Below are positions 23,127 through 35,805 of a stretch of DNA of 64,000 nucleotides, one piece after another. This DNA is from the human T2T-CHM13v2.0 reference genome, Homo sapiens. The notes under the pieces are model-generated. The model did no database searches. It saw only the letters and a program-made list of their open reading frames with translations, and was not told where the DNA came from. How positions within the stretch are numbered: position 1 is the stretch's first letter; the number at the start of each line of letters is the position of its first letter. A program made the translations under genes and the position numbers. The stretch is taken from contig CP068257.2 of assembly GCA_009914755.4 (NCBI GenBank), positions 64,001 through 128,000 of the forward strand, in the 5' to 3' direction.

Positions 23127-26108
23127 ATGTCTGCACCTAAGAACAGTAGGGTCTTGTCTGGCTCTTCTTATGAACGGTCCCCCAGCCCGGACTCCCCAAG
23201 GTCCATGCGAACCTCACCCAGCTTCCCCCTCTCCCCTCTCAGAAACTCAGGCTTAAGGGGAAGCTCCTCACCAGGGATCCGGAGCTACCATTCACCATCC
23301 CCTAGGGCTTCACCACACTCACCTCTGTCATCACCAGAATCCCACAAGCTCCCATTTCCCTGTCCTCACCGTGATGGGCAATCAACGAAGCCATTGGGCT
23401 CTCCCGTGTCCTCCTCTGAGGATTCCTCAGAGTCCCCACGTTCATCAATAATATACCACATGTTCTTACTGCCATCACCCAGCAGCTCACCCCCAGCTCT
23501 CGGGGGGTCTCCTGTGTCTCCCAGCTACTCTCCAAACAACCCCAGATTTCAGCTGCGGTCAGCCCCCCACACCCAGGAATCACCTACAAACTCACGAGCC
23601 TCACTTTGCTCCACCCCCGTGTCTTTCATCTCTTCACCCCCAGGCCTCAGGGACTCTCCTGTGGCTCCCAGTTACTCTCCAGCCATCCCCAGGTTCCTGC
23701 GGGAGTCAGCCCCATGCGCCCAGGAGTCCCCCAGAGACTCACAGGTCTCGGGAGATTATGAGCGGTCCCCCAGCCCTGACTCCCCAAGATTCATGCCTGC
23801 CTCACCCAGCTTCTCCCTCTCCCCTCCCAGAAACTCAGACCCAAGGGGCAGCTCCTCACCAGGGGTGTGGAAGTGCTCTACATCATCCCGCAGGGCTTCA
23901 CCACTCTCACATCCGTCATCAACAGAATTCCACAACTTTACGTTTCCCTTTCCTAACCAAGCAGAACAGTCACTCATGTCATTGTGTTCTCCCGTGACCT
24001 CCTCTGGAGATTCTTCACAGTCACCTCATTCATCAATAATATACCATATGTTCTTACTGCCATCATCCAGCAGCTCACCCCCAGCCACCCATGACTCTCC
24101 TGTCTGTCCCAGATACTCTCCAACTACGCCCAGATTTCAGCGGGAGTCTGTACCCCACACCCCAGAAACACCTACAAACTCACAGACCTCAGTGAGATCC
24201 TCGCCAGTCTCTCTGACGTCTTCACCCACAGCCCTTACGGACCCTCCAGTCTGTCCCAGCTACTCTCCAACCACGCCCACATTTCAGCGCGGGTCAGTTC
24301 CAGGAACCCAGGGATCACCACCAAGCCCACCGCTTTCACTGAGTTACTCCCCAGTCTCTAGCACGTCTTTATCTCCAACCCTCAGGGACTCGCCTGTCTG
24401 TCCCAGCTACTCTCCAAACACGCCCACACTTCAGCGGGAGTCCGTTGCAGGCACCCAGAAGTCACCACCAAACTCACCAATTTCACTGCGTTACTCCCCA
24501 GTCTCTCTCATGTCTTCACCATCCCTCAGGGACTCTCCCGTCTGTCCCAGCTACTCTCCAACCACGCCCACATTTCAGCTGGAGTCAGTTCCAGGCACCC
24601 CGGAATCACCACCAAACTCACCAATTTCACTCAGTTACTCCTCAGTCTCTAGCACGTCTTTATCTCCAACCCTCAGGGACTCTCCTGTGTGTCCCAGCTA
24701 CTCTCCAACCACGCCCACACTTCAGCGGGAGTCAGTTCCAGGCACCCAGGAATCACCACCAAACTCACCAATTTCACTCAATTACTCTCCAGTCTCTCTC
24801 GTGTCTTCACCAGCCCTCAGGGACTCTCCTGTCTGTCCCAGTTACTCTCCAACCACGCCCACATTTCAGCTGGAGTCAGTTCCAGGCACCCCGGAGTCAC
24901 CACCAAACTCACCAGTTTCACTCAGTTACTCCCCGGTCTCTCTCATGTCTTCACCCCCAGCCCTCAGGGACTCTCCTGTGTGTCCCAGCTACTCTCCAAC
25001 CATGCCCAGATTTCAGCGGGAGTCTGTTCCAGGCACCCATGTATCACCACCAAACTCAGCAGTTTCACTGAGTTACTCCCCAGTCTCTCTCATGTCTTCA
25101 CCCCCACACCCCTGGGACTCTCCTGTCTGTCCCAGCTACTCTCCCACCACGCCCAGATTTCAGCGGGAGTCAGCCTCCCACACTCCGGAATCAGATACAG
25201 ACTCACAGACTTCACTGAGCTCCTCCCTGGTCTCTCTCAGGTCTTTGCCCTCATCCCACAGGGACTCTTGTGTCTCTTTCAGCTACTCTCAAAACTTCTC
25301 TAGATTCCAGCTGGAGTCAGTTCCAGGCACCCACGATACACCACCGAACTCACGAATTTCACTGACTTACTCCCCTGTCTCCCTCATGTTCTCACCCCCA
25401 GCCCTCAGGGACTCTTCTGTCTCTCTCAGCTACTCTCCAACCATCTCCAGATTTCACCTGGAGTCAGCTTCCCACACCCTGGAATCACCTGCAAACTCAC
25501 GGACCTTACTGCAACCATCCCCCATTTCTTTCACCTCTTCACCCCCTGCCTTCAGGGACTCTCCTGGGTCTCCCAGCTTCTCTCCAGCCTTCCCCAGATT
25601 TCTGCCACAGCCAGCCCCAGGCACCCAGGACAACCCTAGACACTCACAGGCCTCACCAGACTATCTCCCTATGACCTGTACCTATACAGGGATGGCTCCC
25701 ACGCATCCCTCAGTGACCCCAAACCCATCTCCACTTACACTCAGGCACTCCCAGGGCCTGACAGCTACTCCCCGTTATTGTCCTTCAGTTCGAAGCCCTG
25801 GCCAATCTACTAGCCCACATGACGCAGTTACCTGGCCATTTCTCCACGGTTCCCGGGAGGGCCCCACACCCAGCCGCACAAGAGCCCCTCCTGCATTCCG
25901 TCCTCACACGCAGGCCTGTCCATCTACTTGCTACTGTCACACTCTTGCCAGCAGAAGAGGCCCCTGTAATGGCCGATATCACCACCCAGTCTATCCTCAC
26001 CCCACAGCTGTGCAGCGGGAAGCCCCTGCTGGCCCACGTGGCTGCCACAGCCCATGCTGGCACGACGCTCCAGCAGGTCGGCGTCCCTGCGGGCCAAACT
26101 ACCGGTGA
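23127..26108 (+). CDS. 993-aa Ser/Pro-rich repeat protein, type A copy
   Basis: Translation identical to units 2 and 3. Confidence 0.55.
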   Translation: MSAPKNSRVLSGSSYERSPSPDSPRSMRTSPSFPLSPLRNSGLRGSSSPGIRSYHSPSPRASPHSPLSSPESHKLPFPCPHRDGQSTKPLGSPVSSSEDSSESPRSSIIYHMFLLPSPSSSPPALGGSPVSPSYSPNNPRFQLRSAPHTQESPTNSRASLCSTPVSFISSPPGLRDSPVAPSYSPAIPRFLRESAPCAQESPRDSQVSGDYERSPSPDSPRFMPASPSFSLSPPRNSDPRGSSSPGVWKCSTSSRRASPLSHPSSTEFHNFTFPFPNQAEQSLMSLCSPVTSSGDSSQSPHSSIIYHMFLLPSSSSSPPATHDSPVCPRYSPTTPRFQRESVPHTPETPTNSQTSVRSSPVSLTSSPTALTDPPVCPSYSPTTPTFQRGSVPGTQGSPPSPPLSLSYSPVSSTSLSPTLRDSPVCPSYSPNTPTLQRESVAGTQKSPPNSPISLRYSPVSLMSSPSLRDSPVCPSYSPTTPTFQLESVPGTPESPPNSPISLSYSSVSSTSLSPTLRDSPVCPSYSPTTPTLQRESVPGTQESPPNSPISLNYSPVSLVSSPALRDSPVCPSYSPTTPTFQLESVPGTPESPPNSPVSLSYSPVSLMSSPPALRDSPVCPSYSPTMPRFQRESVPGTHVSPPNSAVSLSYSPVSLMSSPPHPWDSPVCPSYSPTTPRFQRESASHTPESDTDSQTSLSSSLVSLRSLPSSHRDSCVSFSYSQNFSRFQLESVPGTHDTPPNSRISLTYSPVSLMFSPPALRDSSVSLSYSPTISRFHLESASHTLESPANSRTLLQPSPISFTSSPPAFRDSPGSPSFSPAFPRFLPQPAPGTQDNPRHSQASPDYLPMTCTYTGMAPTHPSVTPNPSPLTLRHSQGLTATPRYCPSVRSPGQSTSPHDAVTWPFLHGSREGPTPSRTRAPPAFRPHTQACPSTCYCHTLASRRGPCNGRYHHPVYPHPTAVQREAPAGPRGCHSPCWHDAPAGRRPCGPNYR

Positions 26109-26334
26109 CATGTCTAGCGTGACCCTCCTTCCTGGCAGTGACACTGTTGATGTGAACCCCAATTTCACATCTGTCATTTGTAAATAGGACCATTTTCCCT
26201 TTTCGCTCTCCCTTCCATTCACAGGGCTTTTCATTCTCTCTGTTACTGCCTCCGTTTCAGATATTTACTCACCTTTTTCTCTCTCACTATGTCTGCCGTG
26301 GGCTCCATGAGAGTGCGCCACATAAGATTCCCCC

Positions 26335-26386
26335 ATTAAAAGTCATGAATTGAGTGGCTTTTAGTATACCTGTGGTTGTGTACATT
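26335..26386 (+). terminator. Poly(A) signal ATTAAA plus GT-rich DSE (unit 4 gene)
   Basis: ATTAAA at 26335-26340. Confidence 0.5.
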
Positions 26387-29043
26387 CAAATTTAATTCGC
26401 AATTCATTGTAGAACGTCTTATCACTCCCGGCCAGAGAAAAACCCTGTAGACATTAGTCACTCCTCATTCTGTCTCAAACCCTCTCCCTGACCCTCAGCC
26501 CTAGGTAGCAACTACCTAGTGCGATCAATCCCATATGCATAGATTACCATATTGTGGACATTTCCTATAAGCGGAATTGCACAATAGGTGAGCTGTTATG
26601 ACTGACATAACACGTAGCACAATATTTTCAAGATTCGTCCACATTGTAGGCTTACCCACAGGGGGAAACCATTTTTTTGGGGGCTTTTAGTAACACCGGT
26701 GTTTTTTCCTTCCTTACGTCCTTCTTTCCTTCCTTCCTTCCTTCCTTCCTTCCTTCCTTCCTTCCTTCCTGACTTCCTTCCTGACTTCCTTCTTTCCTTC
26801 CCTCCTTCCTCCTATTTCTCTCTTACTCCTTCTGCCCTCTCTCTTTCCTATGCCTTAGGTGCATCCCACATTCTGCGTTTTTTTGGGGAAATCCTCGACA
26901 GGTGCAGGAAAATTGTGTTATTGTAACAATTTACCGTTATCTCTCTTTCACGGCTCTCCATCAGTTGTGAACATCTATTGGTTTATCCCAAGTCACTAAG
27001 CATATTTTCATTAGGTAAACCTGTTTTTCCTTCTACAGCTGTTTCTGGAGTATAGGGTCGCATACTCATAAACCCAGTGTAACTCAGAAACGCATCTAAT
27101 ATTCCAGTAAACCCATCATAACGTTGAAAAATCGTAAATCAAACCATCATAAGTCACGGTTTGTCCGTGGATATGGGCGTCATCAATTCCATTGTATTCA
27201 GTAATGCTGTACACCATTAACAATGGCAGACTGATTGGGAGTGGATATTGATAGCATTATAAAAGTCAGTTATTAGAGGGATACTTCTTTAACCTGACTG
27301 AAGAACTGATCTAATGGCTTTAGTACAGTGCATGATTATGTGCGATGTTTTGAGACAGAGTAGTACATTTGTGAATGAAATTTTATGGCTTTTTTTTCAC
27401 TTAGTAGGAACCATTGTGTGTGGAAAAGTGAGAAAATGGCTTTCTGCTGTAGGGTCTGGCATTCATTGTAGATGTAAGCTTATTTTTCTGTGAGCAAATC
27501 TTATTCAATAAAATACTACTCTTTATACTAAAAAACAAAAACAGTGGTGATGTGTGGTCATTACCCTCAGCAAACTTATCCAGGGAAAAGAAAACCAAAC
27601 GCCACAACTCACTTATAATGGGAGCTGAAAAATGAGATCCCATGGACACAGGAAGGGGAACAACACACACTGGGGCCTTCCGGGAGACAGAGCGTTAAGA
27701 AAAACAGCTACTGCATGCTGGGCCTAATACCTAGGTGATGGGTTGACAGGTGCAGCAAACCACCATGGCACACGTTAACCTTAGTAACAAATCTGCACAT
27801 CCTGCACATGTACCCCAGAACTTAGGAACGAAACGAAACAAAAGACAACGAAAAAGCAACAGCAAAACGCTAAAGGCAAAATAAAGTTTCAAACTGAGAA
27901 AGTGACAGACCAACGTCTGGTTCAAATCATGGTTCTCAACCCAGGTGCCATAAGGTCAGGATAAAGGATGTGATTACATATTGTCAATAAGACATGCAGC
28001 AAATGACCAGAATGATTATTCTCAACATATGTGTGTCTTCTAATTCAATGGTGACGCTGTCTACCGGGACATAGCATTAGATTCCAAAGGGCCGAGTCCC
28101 GCCAGACAGGCCTCCCACACTAATAACAATGGGAAGCCCTACGTTGCTTTACCTGTGCTTCTCAGCCACTGGCTATAAATCAGGTTGCCACCACTCCCAG
28201 ATTTAGTTGCATTCATTAGCTGGAAGAGCTCACAGCACGCAGGGAAACACTTACATTTGCCGTTGTATTTTAGCGGACATTGCACAAAGTTCAGAAATAA
28301 ATGTGGGGCCCGGCATGTGGGGAGGGGGGCACTACCTTCCAGGAAGTGTTATCCAGAAGCTCTCTGAACCCAGTCCTTTTGGGTTTTGATGGAGACCTCA
28401 TTCTATAGGCATGATGGGTTAAACCATAGGCTATTGGTGATCAACTCCACCTGGGGCTCTCCACCCTCCCTGGAAATTGGGGTTGAGGCTTTGCCATTCT
28501 CAGTCTGACTAAAAGAATTTACCCAAACGGAATTTTAAAACAGATGAGCATAACTGGAATCTTAATTAGATGATTGGATTATCTGGAGCCACACCTTGAT
28601 ATTCCTAACCCGAGCACCCTCATCCAACGAATGCTCCACCCAACTGGCTCCCAAGTCTCTACGTGGTTCCAGAGCAAAAGGATGTTGATACAACGCATAT
28701 CTCCACCTTTTCTTCCAAGTCTTTTCGCTTACACGGAAAGACTTCTTCAACTGCCATGCATCAGGGTCAGGGGGAGGTCTTGTTACAACACAGATCTGCG
28801 GATCTCCGGCGTTTGACAGTGGCAAGGATGCTGCTGGTGTCAAAACCACAACGTGGGAACCACAGAACCACTAGTGGGTTTTCAGTGTTTCAGTGCATAC
28901 AATTCCTAATATTTCTGGCCAAGAAAACTTGTAAGTTCTTAGATTGTCCCAAAGGTGGCGCATGAAATCAAAGCAGGAGAACAGTTTCCTACGAGGTGTA
29001 GCCTGGGAAAGTTGGGGGTGACTGATGGAAAGGAGGAGTGAAG

Positions 29044-29117
29044 CTCCGCCCTTTCCGCTGCTAGGCTGCGCCCGAGGCTATTTAAACCCACCCTGGCTGG
29101 CCTGTACTCAGATCTTC
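29044..29117 (+). promoter_or_regulatory. Core promoter of the unit 5 gene
   Basis: tatttaaa at 29079-29086. Confidence 0.65.
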
Positions 29118-29235
29118 GCGGAGCGGATCAGCGGCAGGAGCGTTTGGCGGACTCTGCGTGGACTTGGAGCTCACAGCGTCTTGCGACTTGGAAGCGGGTT
29201 CAGAGGACAGGACAGAACACTTGGGCAAGTGAATC

Positions 29236-29274
<39 letters not shown>

Positions 29275-29459
29275 CATTGGTTGGTTGATTTCCATTTTCT
29301 TAAGGAGCACATACCTCACACCGCACACACACAAACACACACACGCACACACACACGCACACGCACACGCACACACACGCACACACGCACACGCACACTC
29401 CTTCCTTCTGCGAGTTAGAACATTAGTAGGGGCCCCTGGGAGCTGCAGGTTTCCTAATC

Positions 29460-32441
29460 ATGTCTGCACCTAAGAACAGTAGGGTCTTGTCTGGCTCTTC
29501 TTATGAACGGTCCCCCAGCCCGGACTCCCCAAGGTCCATGCGAACCTCACCCAGCTTCCCCCTCTCCCCTCTCAGAAACTCAGGCTTAAGGGGAAGCTCC
29601 TCACCAGGGATCCGGAGCTACCATTCACCATCCCCTAGGGCTTCACCACACTCACCTCTGTCATCACCAGAATCCCACAAGCTCCCATTTCCCTGTCCTC
29701 ACCGTGATGGGCAATCAACGAAGCCATTGGGCTCTCCCGTGTCCTCCTCTGAGGATTCCTCAGAGTCCCCACGTTCATCAATAATATACCACATGTTCTT
29801 ACTGCCATCACCCAGCAGCTCACCCCCAGCTCTCGGGGGGTCTCCTGTGTCTCCCAGCTACTCTCCAAACAACCCCAGATTTCAGCTGCGGTCAGCCCCC
29901 CACACCCAGGAATCACCTACAAACTCACGAGCCTCACTTTGCTCCACCCCCGTGTCTTTCATCTCTTCACCCCCAGGCCTCAGGGACTCTCCTGTGGCTC
30001 CCAGTTACTCTCCAGCCATCCCCAGGTTCCTGCGGGAGTCAGCCCCATGCGCCCAGGAGTCCCCCAGAGACTCACAGGTCTCGGGAGATTATGAGCGGTC
30101 CCCCAGCCCTGACTCCCCAAGATTCATGCCTGCCTCACCCAGCTTCTCCCTCTCCCCTCCCAGAAACTCAGACCCAAGGGGCAGCTCCTCACCAGGGGTG
30201 TGGAAGTGCTCTACATCATCCCGCAGGGCTTCACCACTCTCACATCCGTCATCAACAGAATTCCACAACTTTACGTTTCCCTTTCCTAACCAAGCAGAAC
30301 AGTCACTCATGTCATTGTGTTCTCCCGTGACCTCCTCTGGAGATTCTTCACAGTCACCTCATTCATCAATAATATACCATATGTTCTTACTGCCATCATC
30401 CAGCAGCTCACCCCCAGCCACCCATGACTCTCCTGTCTGTCCCAGATACTCTCCAACTACGCCCAGATTTCAGCGGGAGTCTGTACCCCACACCCCAGAA
30501 ACACCTACAAACTCACAGACCTCAGTGAGATCCTCGCCAGTCTCTCTGACGTCTTCACCCACAGCCCTTACGGACCCTCCAGTCTGTCCCAGCTACTCTC
30601 CAACCACGCCCACATTTCAGCGCGGGTCAGTTCCAGGAACCCAGGGATCACCACCAAGCCCACCGCTTTCACTGAGTTACTCCCCAGTCTCTAGCACGTC
30701 TTTATCTCCAACCCTCAGGGACTCGCCTGTCTGTCCCAGCTACTCTCCAAACACGCCCACACTTCAGCGGGAGTCCGTTGCAGGCACCCAGAAGTCACCA
30801 CCAAACTCACCAATTTCACTGCGTTACTCCCCAGTCTCTCTCATGTCTTCACCATCCCTCAGGGACTCTCCCGTCTGTCCCAGCTACTCTCCAACCACGC
30901 CCACATTTCAGCTGGAGTCAGTTCCAGGCACCCCGGAATCACCACCAAACTCACCAATTTCACTCAGTTACTCCTCAGTCTCTAGCACGTCTTTATCTCC
31001 AACCCTCAGGGACTCTCCTGTGTGTCCCAGCTACTCTCCAACCACGCCCACACTTCAGCGGGAGTCAGTTCCAGGCACCCAGGAATCACCACCAAACTCA
31101 CCAATTTCACTCAATTACTCTCCAGTCTCTCTCGTGTCTTCACCAGCCCTCAGGGACTCTCCTGTCTGTCCCAGTTACTCTCCAACCACGCCCACATTTC
31201 AGCTGGAGTCAGTTCCAGGCACCCCGGAGTCACCACCAAACTCACCAGTTTCACTCAGTTACTCCCCGGTCTCTCTCATGTCTTCACCCCCAGCCCTCAG
31301 GGACTCTCCTGTGTGTCCCAGCTACTCTCCAACCATGCCCAGATTTCAGCGGGAGTCTGTTCCAGGCACCCATGTATCACCACCAAACTCAGCAGTTTCA
31401 CTGAGTTACTCCCCAGTCTCTCTCATGTCTTCACCCCCACACCCCTGGGACTCTCCTGTCTGTCCCAGCTACTCTCCCACCACGCCCAGATTTCAGCGGG
31501 AGTCAGCCTCCCACACTCCGGAATCAGATACAGACTCACAGACTTCACTGAGCTCCTCCCTGGTCTCTCTCAGGTCTTTGCCCTCATCCCACAGGGACTC
31601 TTGTGTCTCTTTCAGCTACTCTCAAAACTTCTCTAGATTCCAGCTGGAGTCAGTTCCAGGCACCCACGATACACCACCGAACTCACGAATTTCACTGACT
31701 TACTCCCCTGTCTCCCTCATGTTCTCACCCCCAGCCCTCAGGGACTCTTCTGTCTCTCTCAGCTACTCTCCAACCATCTCCAGATTTCACCTGGAGTCAG
31801 CTTCCCACACCCTGGAATCACCTGCAAACTCACGGACCTTACTGCAACCATCCCCCATTTCTTTCACCTCTTCACCCCCTGCCTTCAGGGACTCTCCTGT
31901 GTCTCCCAGCTTCTCTCCAGCCTTCCCCAGATTTCTGCCACAGCCAGCCCCAGGCACCCAGGACAACCCTAGACACTCACAGGCCTCACCAGACTATCTC
32001 CCTATGACCTTTACCTATACAGGGATGGCTCCCACGCATCCCTCAGTGACCCCAAACCCATCTCCACTTACACTCAGGCACTCCCAGGGCCTGACAGCTA
32101 CTCCCCGTTATTGTCCTTCAGTTCGAAGCCCTGGCCAATCTACTAGCCCACATGACGCAGTTACCTGGCCATTTCTCCACGGTTCCCGGGAGGGCCCCAC
32201 ACCCAGCCGCACAAGAGCCCCTCCTGCATTCCGTCCTCACACGCAGGCCTGTCCATCTACTTGCTACTGTCACACTCTTGCCAGCAGAAGAGGCCCCTGT
32301 AATGGCCGATATCACCACCCAGTCTATCCTCACCCCACAGCTGTGCAGCGGGAAGCCCCTGCTGGCCCACGTGGCTGCCACAGCCCGTGCTGGCACGACG
32401 CTCCAGCAGGTCGGCGTCCCTGCGGGCCAAACTACCGGTGA
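29460..32441 (+). CDS. 993-aa Ser/Pro-rich repeat protein, type A copy with private G->V and C->F substitutions
   Basis: Same ORF. 'RDSPVSPSFSPAF' and 'PMTFTYTGM' differ from units 2-4. Confidence 0.55.
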   Translation: MSAPKNSRVLSGSSYERSPSPDSPRSMRTSPSFPLSPLRNSGLRGSSSPGIRSYHSPSPRASPHSPLSSPESHKLPFPCPHRDGQSTKPLGSPVSSSEDSSESPRSSIIYHMFLLPSPSSSPPALGGSPVSPSYSPNNPRFQLRSAPHTQESPTNSRASLCSTPVSFISSPPGLRDSPVAPSYSPAIPRFLRESAPCAQESPRDSQVSGDYERSPSPDSPRFMPASPSFSLSPPRNSDPRGSSSPGVWKCSTSSRRASPLSHPSSTEFHNFTFPFPNQAEQSLMSLCSPVTSSGDSSQSPHSSIIYHMFLLPSSSSSPPATHDSPVCPRYSPTTPRFQRESVPHTPETPTNSQTSVRSSPVSLTSSPTALTDPPVCPSYSPTTPTFQRGSVPGTQGSPPSPPLSLSYSPVSSTSLSPTLRDSPVCPSYSPNTPTLQRESVAGTQKSPPNSPISLRYSPVSLMSSPSLRDSPVCPSYSPTTPTFQLESVPGTPESPPNSPISLSYSSVSSTSLSPTLRDSPVCPSYSPTTPTLQRESVPGTQESPPNSPISLNYSPVSLVSSPALRDSPVCPSYSPTTPTFQLESVPGTPESPPNSPVSLSYSPVSLMSSPPALRDSPVCPSYSPTMPRFQRESVPGTHVSPPNSAVSLSYSPVSLMSSPPHPWDSPVCPSYSPTTPRFQRESASHTPESDTDSQTSLSSSLVSLRSLPSSHRDSCVSFSYSQNFSRFQLESVPGTHDTPPNSRISLTYSPVSLMFSPPALRDSSVSLSYSPTISRFHLESASHTLESPANSRTLLQPSPISFTSSPPAFRDSPVSPSFSPAFPRFLPQPAPGTQDNPRHSQASPDYLPMTFTYTGMAPTHPSVTPNPSPLTLRHSQGLTATPRYCPSVRSPGQSTSPHDAVTWPFLHGSREGPTPSRTRAPPAFRPHTQACPSTCYCHTLASRRGPCNGRYHHPVYPHPTAVQREAPAGPRGCHSPCWHDAPAGRRPCGPNYR

Positions 32442-32666
32442 CATGTCTAGCGTGACCCTCCTTCCTGGCAGTGACACTGTTGATGTGAACCCCAATTTCA
32501 CATCTGTCATTTGTAAATAGGACCATTTTCCCTTTTCGCTCTCCCTTCCATTCACAGGGCTTTTCATTCTCTCTGTTACTGCCTCCGTTTCAGATATTTA
32601 CTCACCTTTTTCTCTCTCACTATGTCTGCCGTGAGCTCCATGAGAGTGCCCACATAAGATTCCCCC

Positions 32667-32718
32667 ATTAAAAGTCATGAATTGAGTGGCTTTTAGTATA
32701 CCTGTGGTTGTGCACATT
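32667..32718 (+). terminator. Poly(A) signal ATTAAA plus GT-rich DSE (unit 5 gene)
   Basis: ATTAAA at 32667-32672. Confidence 0.5.
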
Positions 32719-35383
32719 CAAATTTAATTCGCAATTCATTGTAGAACGTCTTATCACTCCCGGCCAGAGAAAAACCCTGTAGACATTAGACACTCCTCAT
32801 TCTGTCTCAAACCCTCTCCCTGACCCTCAGCCCTAGGTAGCAACTACCTAGTGCGATCAATCCCATATGCATAGATTACCATATTGTGGACATTTCCTTT
32901 AAGCGGAATTGCACAATAGGTGAGCTGTTATGACTGACATAACACGTAGCACAATATTTTCAAGATTCGTCCACATTGTAGGCTTACCCACAGGGGGAAA
33001 CCATTTTTTTGGGGGCTTTTAGTAACACCGGTGTTTTCTCCTTCCTTACGTCCTTCTTTCCTTCTTTCCTTCCTTCCTTCCTTCCTTCCTTCCTTCCTTC
33101 CTTTCTTCCTTCCTTCCTTCCTGACTTCCTTCTTTCCTTCCCTCCTTCCTCCTATTTCTCTCTTACTCCTTCTGCCCTCTCTCTTTCCTATGCCTTAGGT
33201 GCATCCCACATTCTGCGTTTTTTTGGGGAAATCCTCGACAGGTGCAGGAAAATTGTGTTATTGTAACAATTTACCGTTATCTCTCTTTCACGGCTCTCCA
33301 TCAGTTGTGAACATCTATTGGTTTATCCCAAGTCACTAAGCATATTTTCATTAGGTAAACCTGTTTTTCCTTCTACAGCTGTTTCTGGAGTATAGGGTCG
33401 CATACTCATAAACCCAGTGTAACTCAGAAACGCATCTAATATTCCAGTAAACCCATCATAACGTTGAAAAATCGTAAATCAAACCATCATAAGTCACGGT
33501 TTGTCCGTGGATATGGGCGTCATCAATTCCATTGTATTCAGTAATGCTGTACACCATTAACAATGGCAGACTGATTGGGAGTGGATATTGATAGCATTAT
33601 AAAAGTCAGTTATTAGAGGGATACTTCTTTAACCTGACTGAAGAACTGATCTAATGGCTTTAGTACAGTGCATGATTATGTGCGATGTTTTGAGACAGAG
33701 TAGTACATTTGTGAATGAAATTTTATGGCTTTTTTTTCACTTAGTAGGAACCATTGTGTGTGGAAAAGTGAGAAAATGGCTTTCTGCTGTAGGGTCTGGC
33801 ATTCATTGTAGATGTAAGCTTATTTTTCTGTGAGCAAATCTTATTCAATAAAATACTACTCTTTATACTAAAAAACAAAAACAGTGGTGATGTGTGGTCT
33901 TTACCCTCAGCAAACTTATCCAGGGAAAAGAAAACCAAACGCCACAACTCACTTATAATGGGAGCTGAAAAATGAGATCCCATGGACACAGGAAGGGGAA
34001 CAACACACACTGGGGCCTTCCGGGAGACAGAGCGTTAAGAAAAACAGCTACTGCATGCTGGGCCTAATACCTAGGTGATGGGTTGACAGATGCAGCAAAC
34101 CACCATGGCACACGTTAACCTTAATAACAAATCTGCACATCCTGCACATGTACCCCAGAACTTAGGAACGAAACGAAACAAAAGACAACGAAAAAGCAAC
34201 AGCAAAACGCTAAAGGCAAAATAAAGTTTCAAACTGAGAAAGTGACAGACCAACGTCTGGTTCAAATCATGGTTCTCAACCCAGGTGCCATAAGGTCAGG
34301 ATAAAGGATGTGATTACATATTGTCAATAAGACATGCAACAAATGACCAGAATGATTATTCTCAACATATGTGTGTCTTCTAATTCAATGGTGACGCTAT
34401 CTACCGGGACATAGCATTAGATTCCAAAGGGCCGAGTCCCGCCAGACAGGCCTCCCACACTAATAACAATGGGAAGCCGTACGTTGCTTTACCTGTGCTT
34501 CTCAGCCACTGGCTATAAATCAGGTTGCCACCACTCCCAGATTTAGTTGCATTCATTAGCTGGAAGAGCTCACAGCACGCAGGGAAACACTTACATTTGC
34601 CGTTGTATTTTAGCGGACATTGCACAAAGTTCAGAAATAAATGTGGGGCCCGGCATGTGGGGAGGGGGGCACTACCTTCCAGGAAGTGTTATCCAGAAGC
34701 TCTCTGAACCCAGTCCTTTTGGGTTTTGATGGAGACCTCATTCTATAGGCATGATGGGTTAAACCATAAGCTATTGGTGATCAACTCCACCTGGGGCTCT
34801 CCACCCTCCCTGGAAATTGGGGTTGAGGCTTTGCCATTCTCAGTCTGACTAAAAGAATTTACCCAAACGGAACTTTAAAACAGATGAGCATAACTGGAAT
34901 CTTAATTAGATGATTGGATTATTTGGAGCCACACCTTGATATTCCTAACCCGAGCACCCTCATCCAACGAATGCTCCACCCAACTGGCTCCCAAGTCTCT
35001 ACGTGGTTCCAGAGCAAAAGGATGTTGATACAACGCATATCTCCACCTTTTCTTCCAAGTCTTTTCGCTTACACGGAAAGACTTCTTCAACTGCCATGCA
35101 TCAGGGTCAGGGGGAGGTCTTGTTACAACACAGATCTGCGGATCTCCGGCGTTTGACAGTGGCAAGGATGCTGCTGGTGTCAAAACCACAACGTGGGAAC
35201 CACAGAACCACTAGTGGGTTTTCAGTGTTTCAGTGCATACAATTCCTAATATTTCTGGCCAAGAAAACTTGTAAGTTCTTAGATTGTCCCAAAGGTGGCG
35301 CATGAAATCAAATCAGGAGAACAGTTTCCTACGAGGTGTAGCCTGGGAAAGTTGGGGGTGACTGATGGAAAGGAGGAGTGAAG

Positions 35384-35457
35384 CTCCGCCCTTTCCGCTG
35401 CTAGGCTGCGCCCGAGGCTATTTAAACCCACCCTGGCTGGCCTGTACTCAGATGTTC
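35384..35457 (+). promoter_or_regulatory. Core promoter of the junction-unit (pseudo)gene, with a degraded Inr (tcagatG)
   Basis: tatttaaa at 35419-35426. The Inr reads 'tcagatgttc' rather than 'tcagatcttc', and the 5' leader microsatellites are diverged. Confidence 0.55.
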
Positions 35458-35805
35458 GCGGAGCGGATCAGCGGCCGGAGCGTTTGGCGGACTCTGCGTG
35501 GACTCGGAGCTCACAGCGTCTTGCGACTTGGAAGCGGGTTCAGAGGACAGGACAGAACACTTGGGCAAGTGAATCTCTGTCTGTCTCTCTGTCTGTCTGT
35601 CTGTCCCATTGGTTGGTTGATTTCCATTTTCTTAAGGGGCACATTCCTCATACCGCACACACACAAACAGACACACGCACACACACACGCACACACACAC
35701 ACGCACACGCACACACACGCACACGCACACACACGCACACACACTCGTTCCTTCAGCGAGTTAGAACATTAGTAGGGGCCCCTGGGAGCTGCAGGTTTCC
35801 TAATC

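Larger units (their letters stand above)
20093..26421 (+). repeat. Array unit 4 (type A)
   Basis: 6329-bp unit. Confidence 0.9.
26422..32753 (+). repeat. Array unit 5 (type A)
   Basis: 6332-bp unit. Confidence 0.9.
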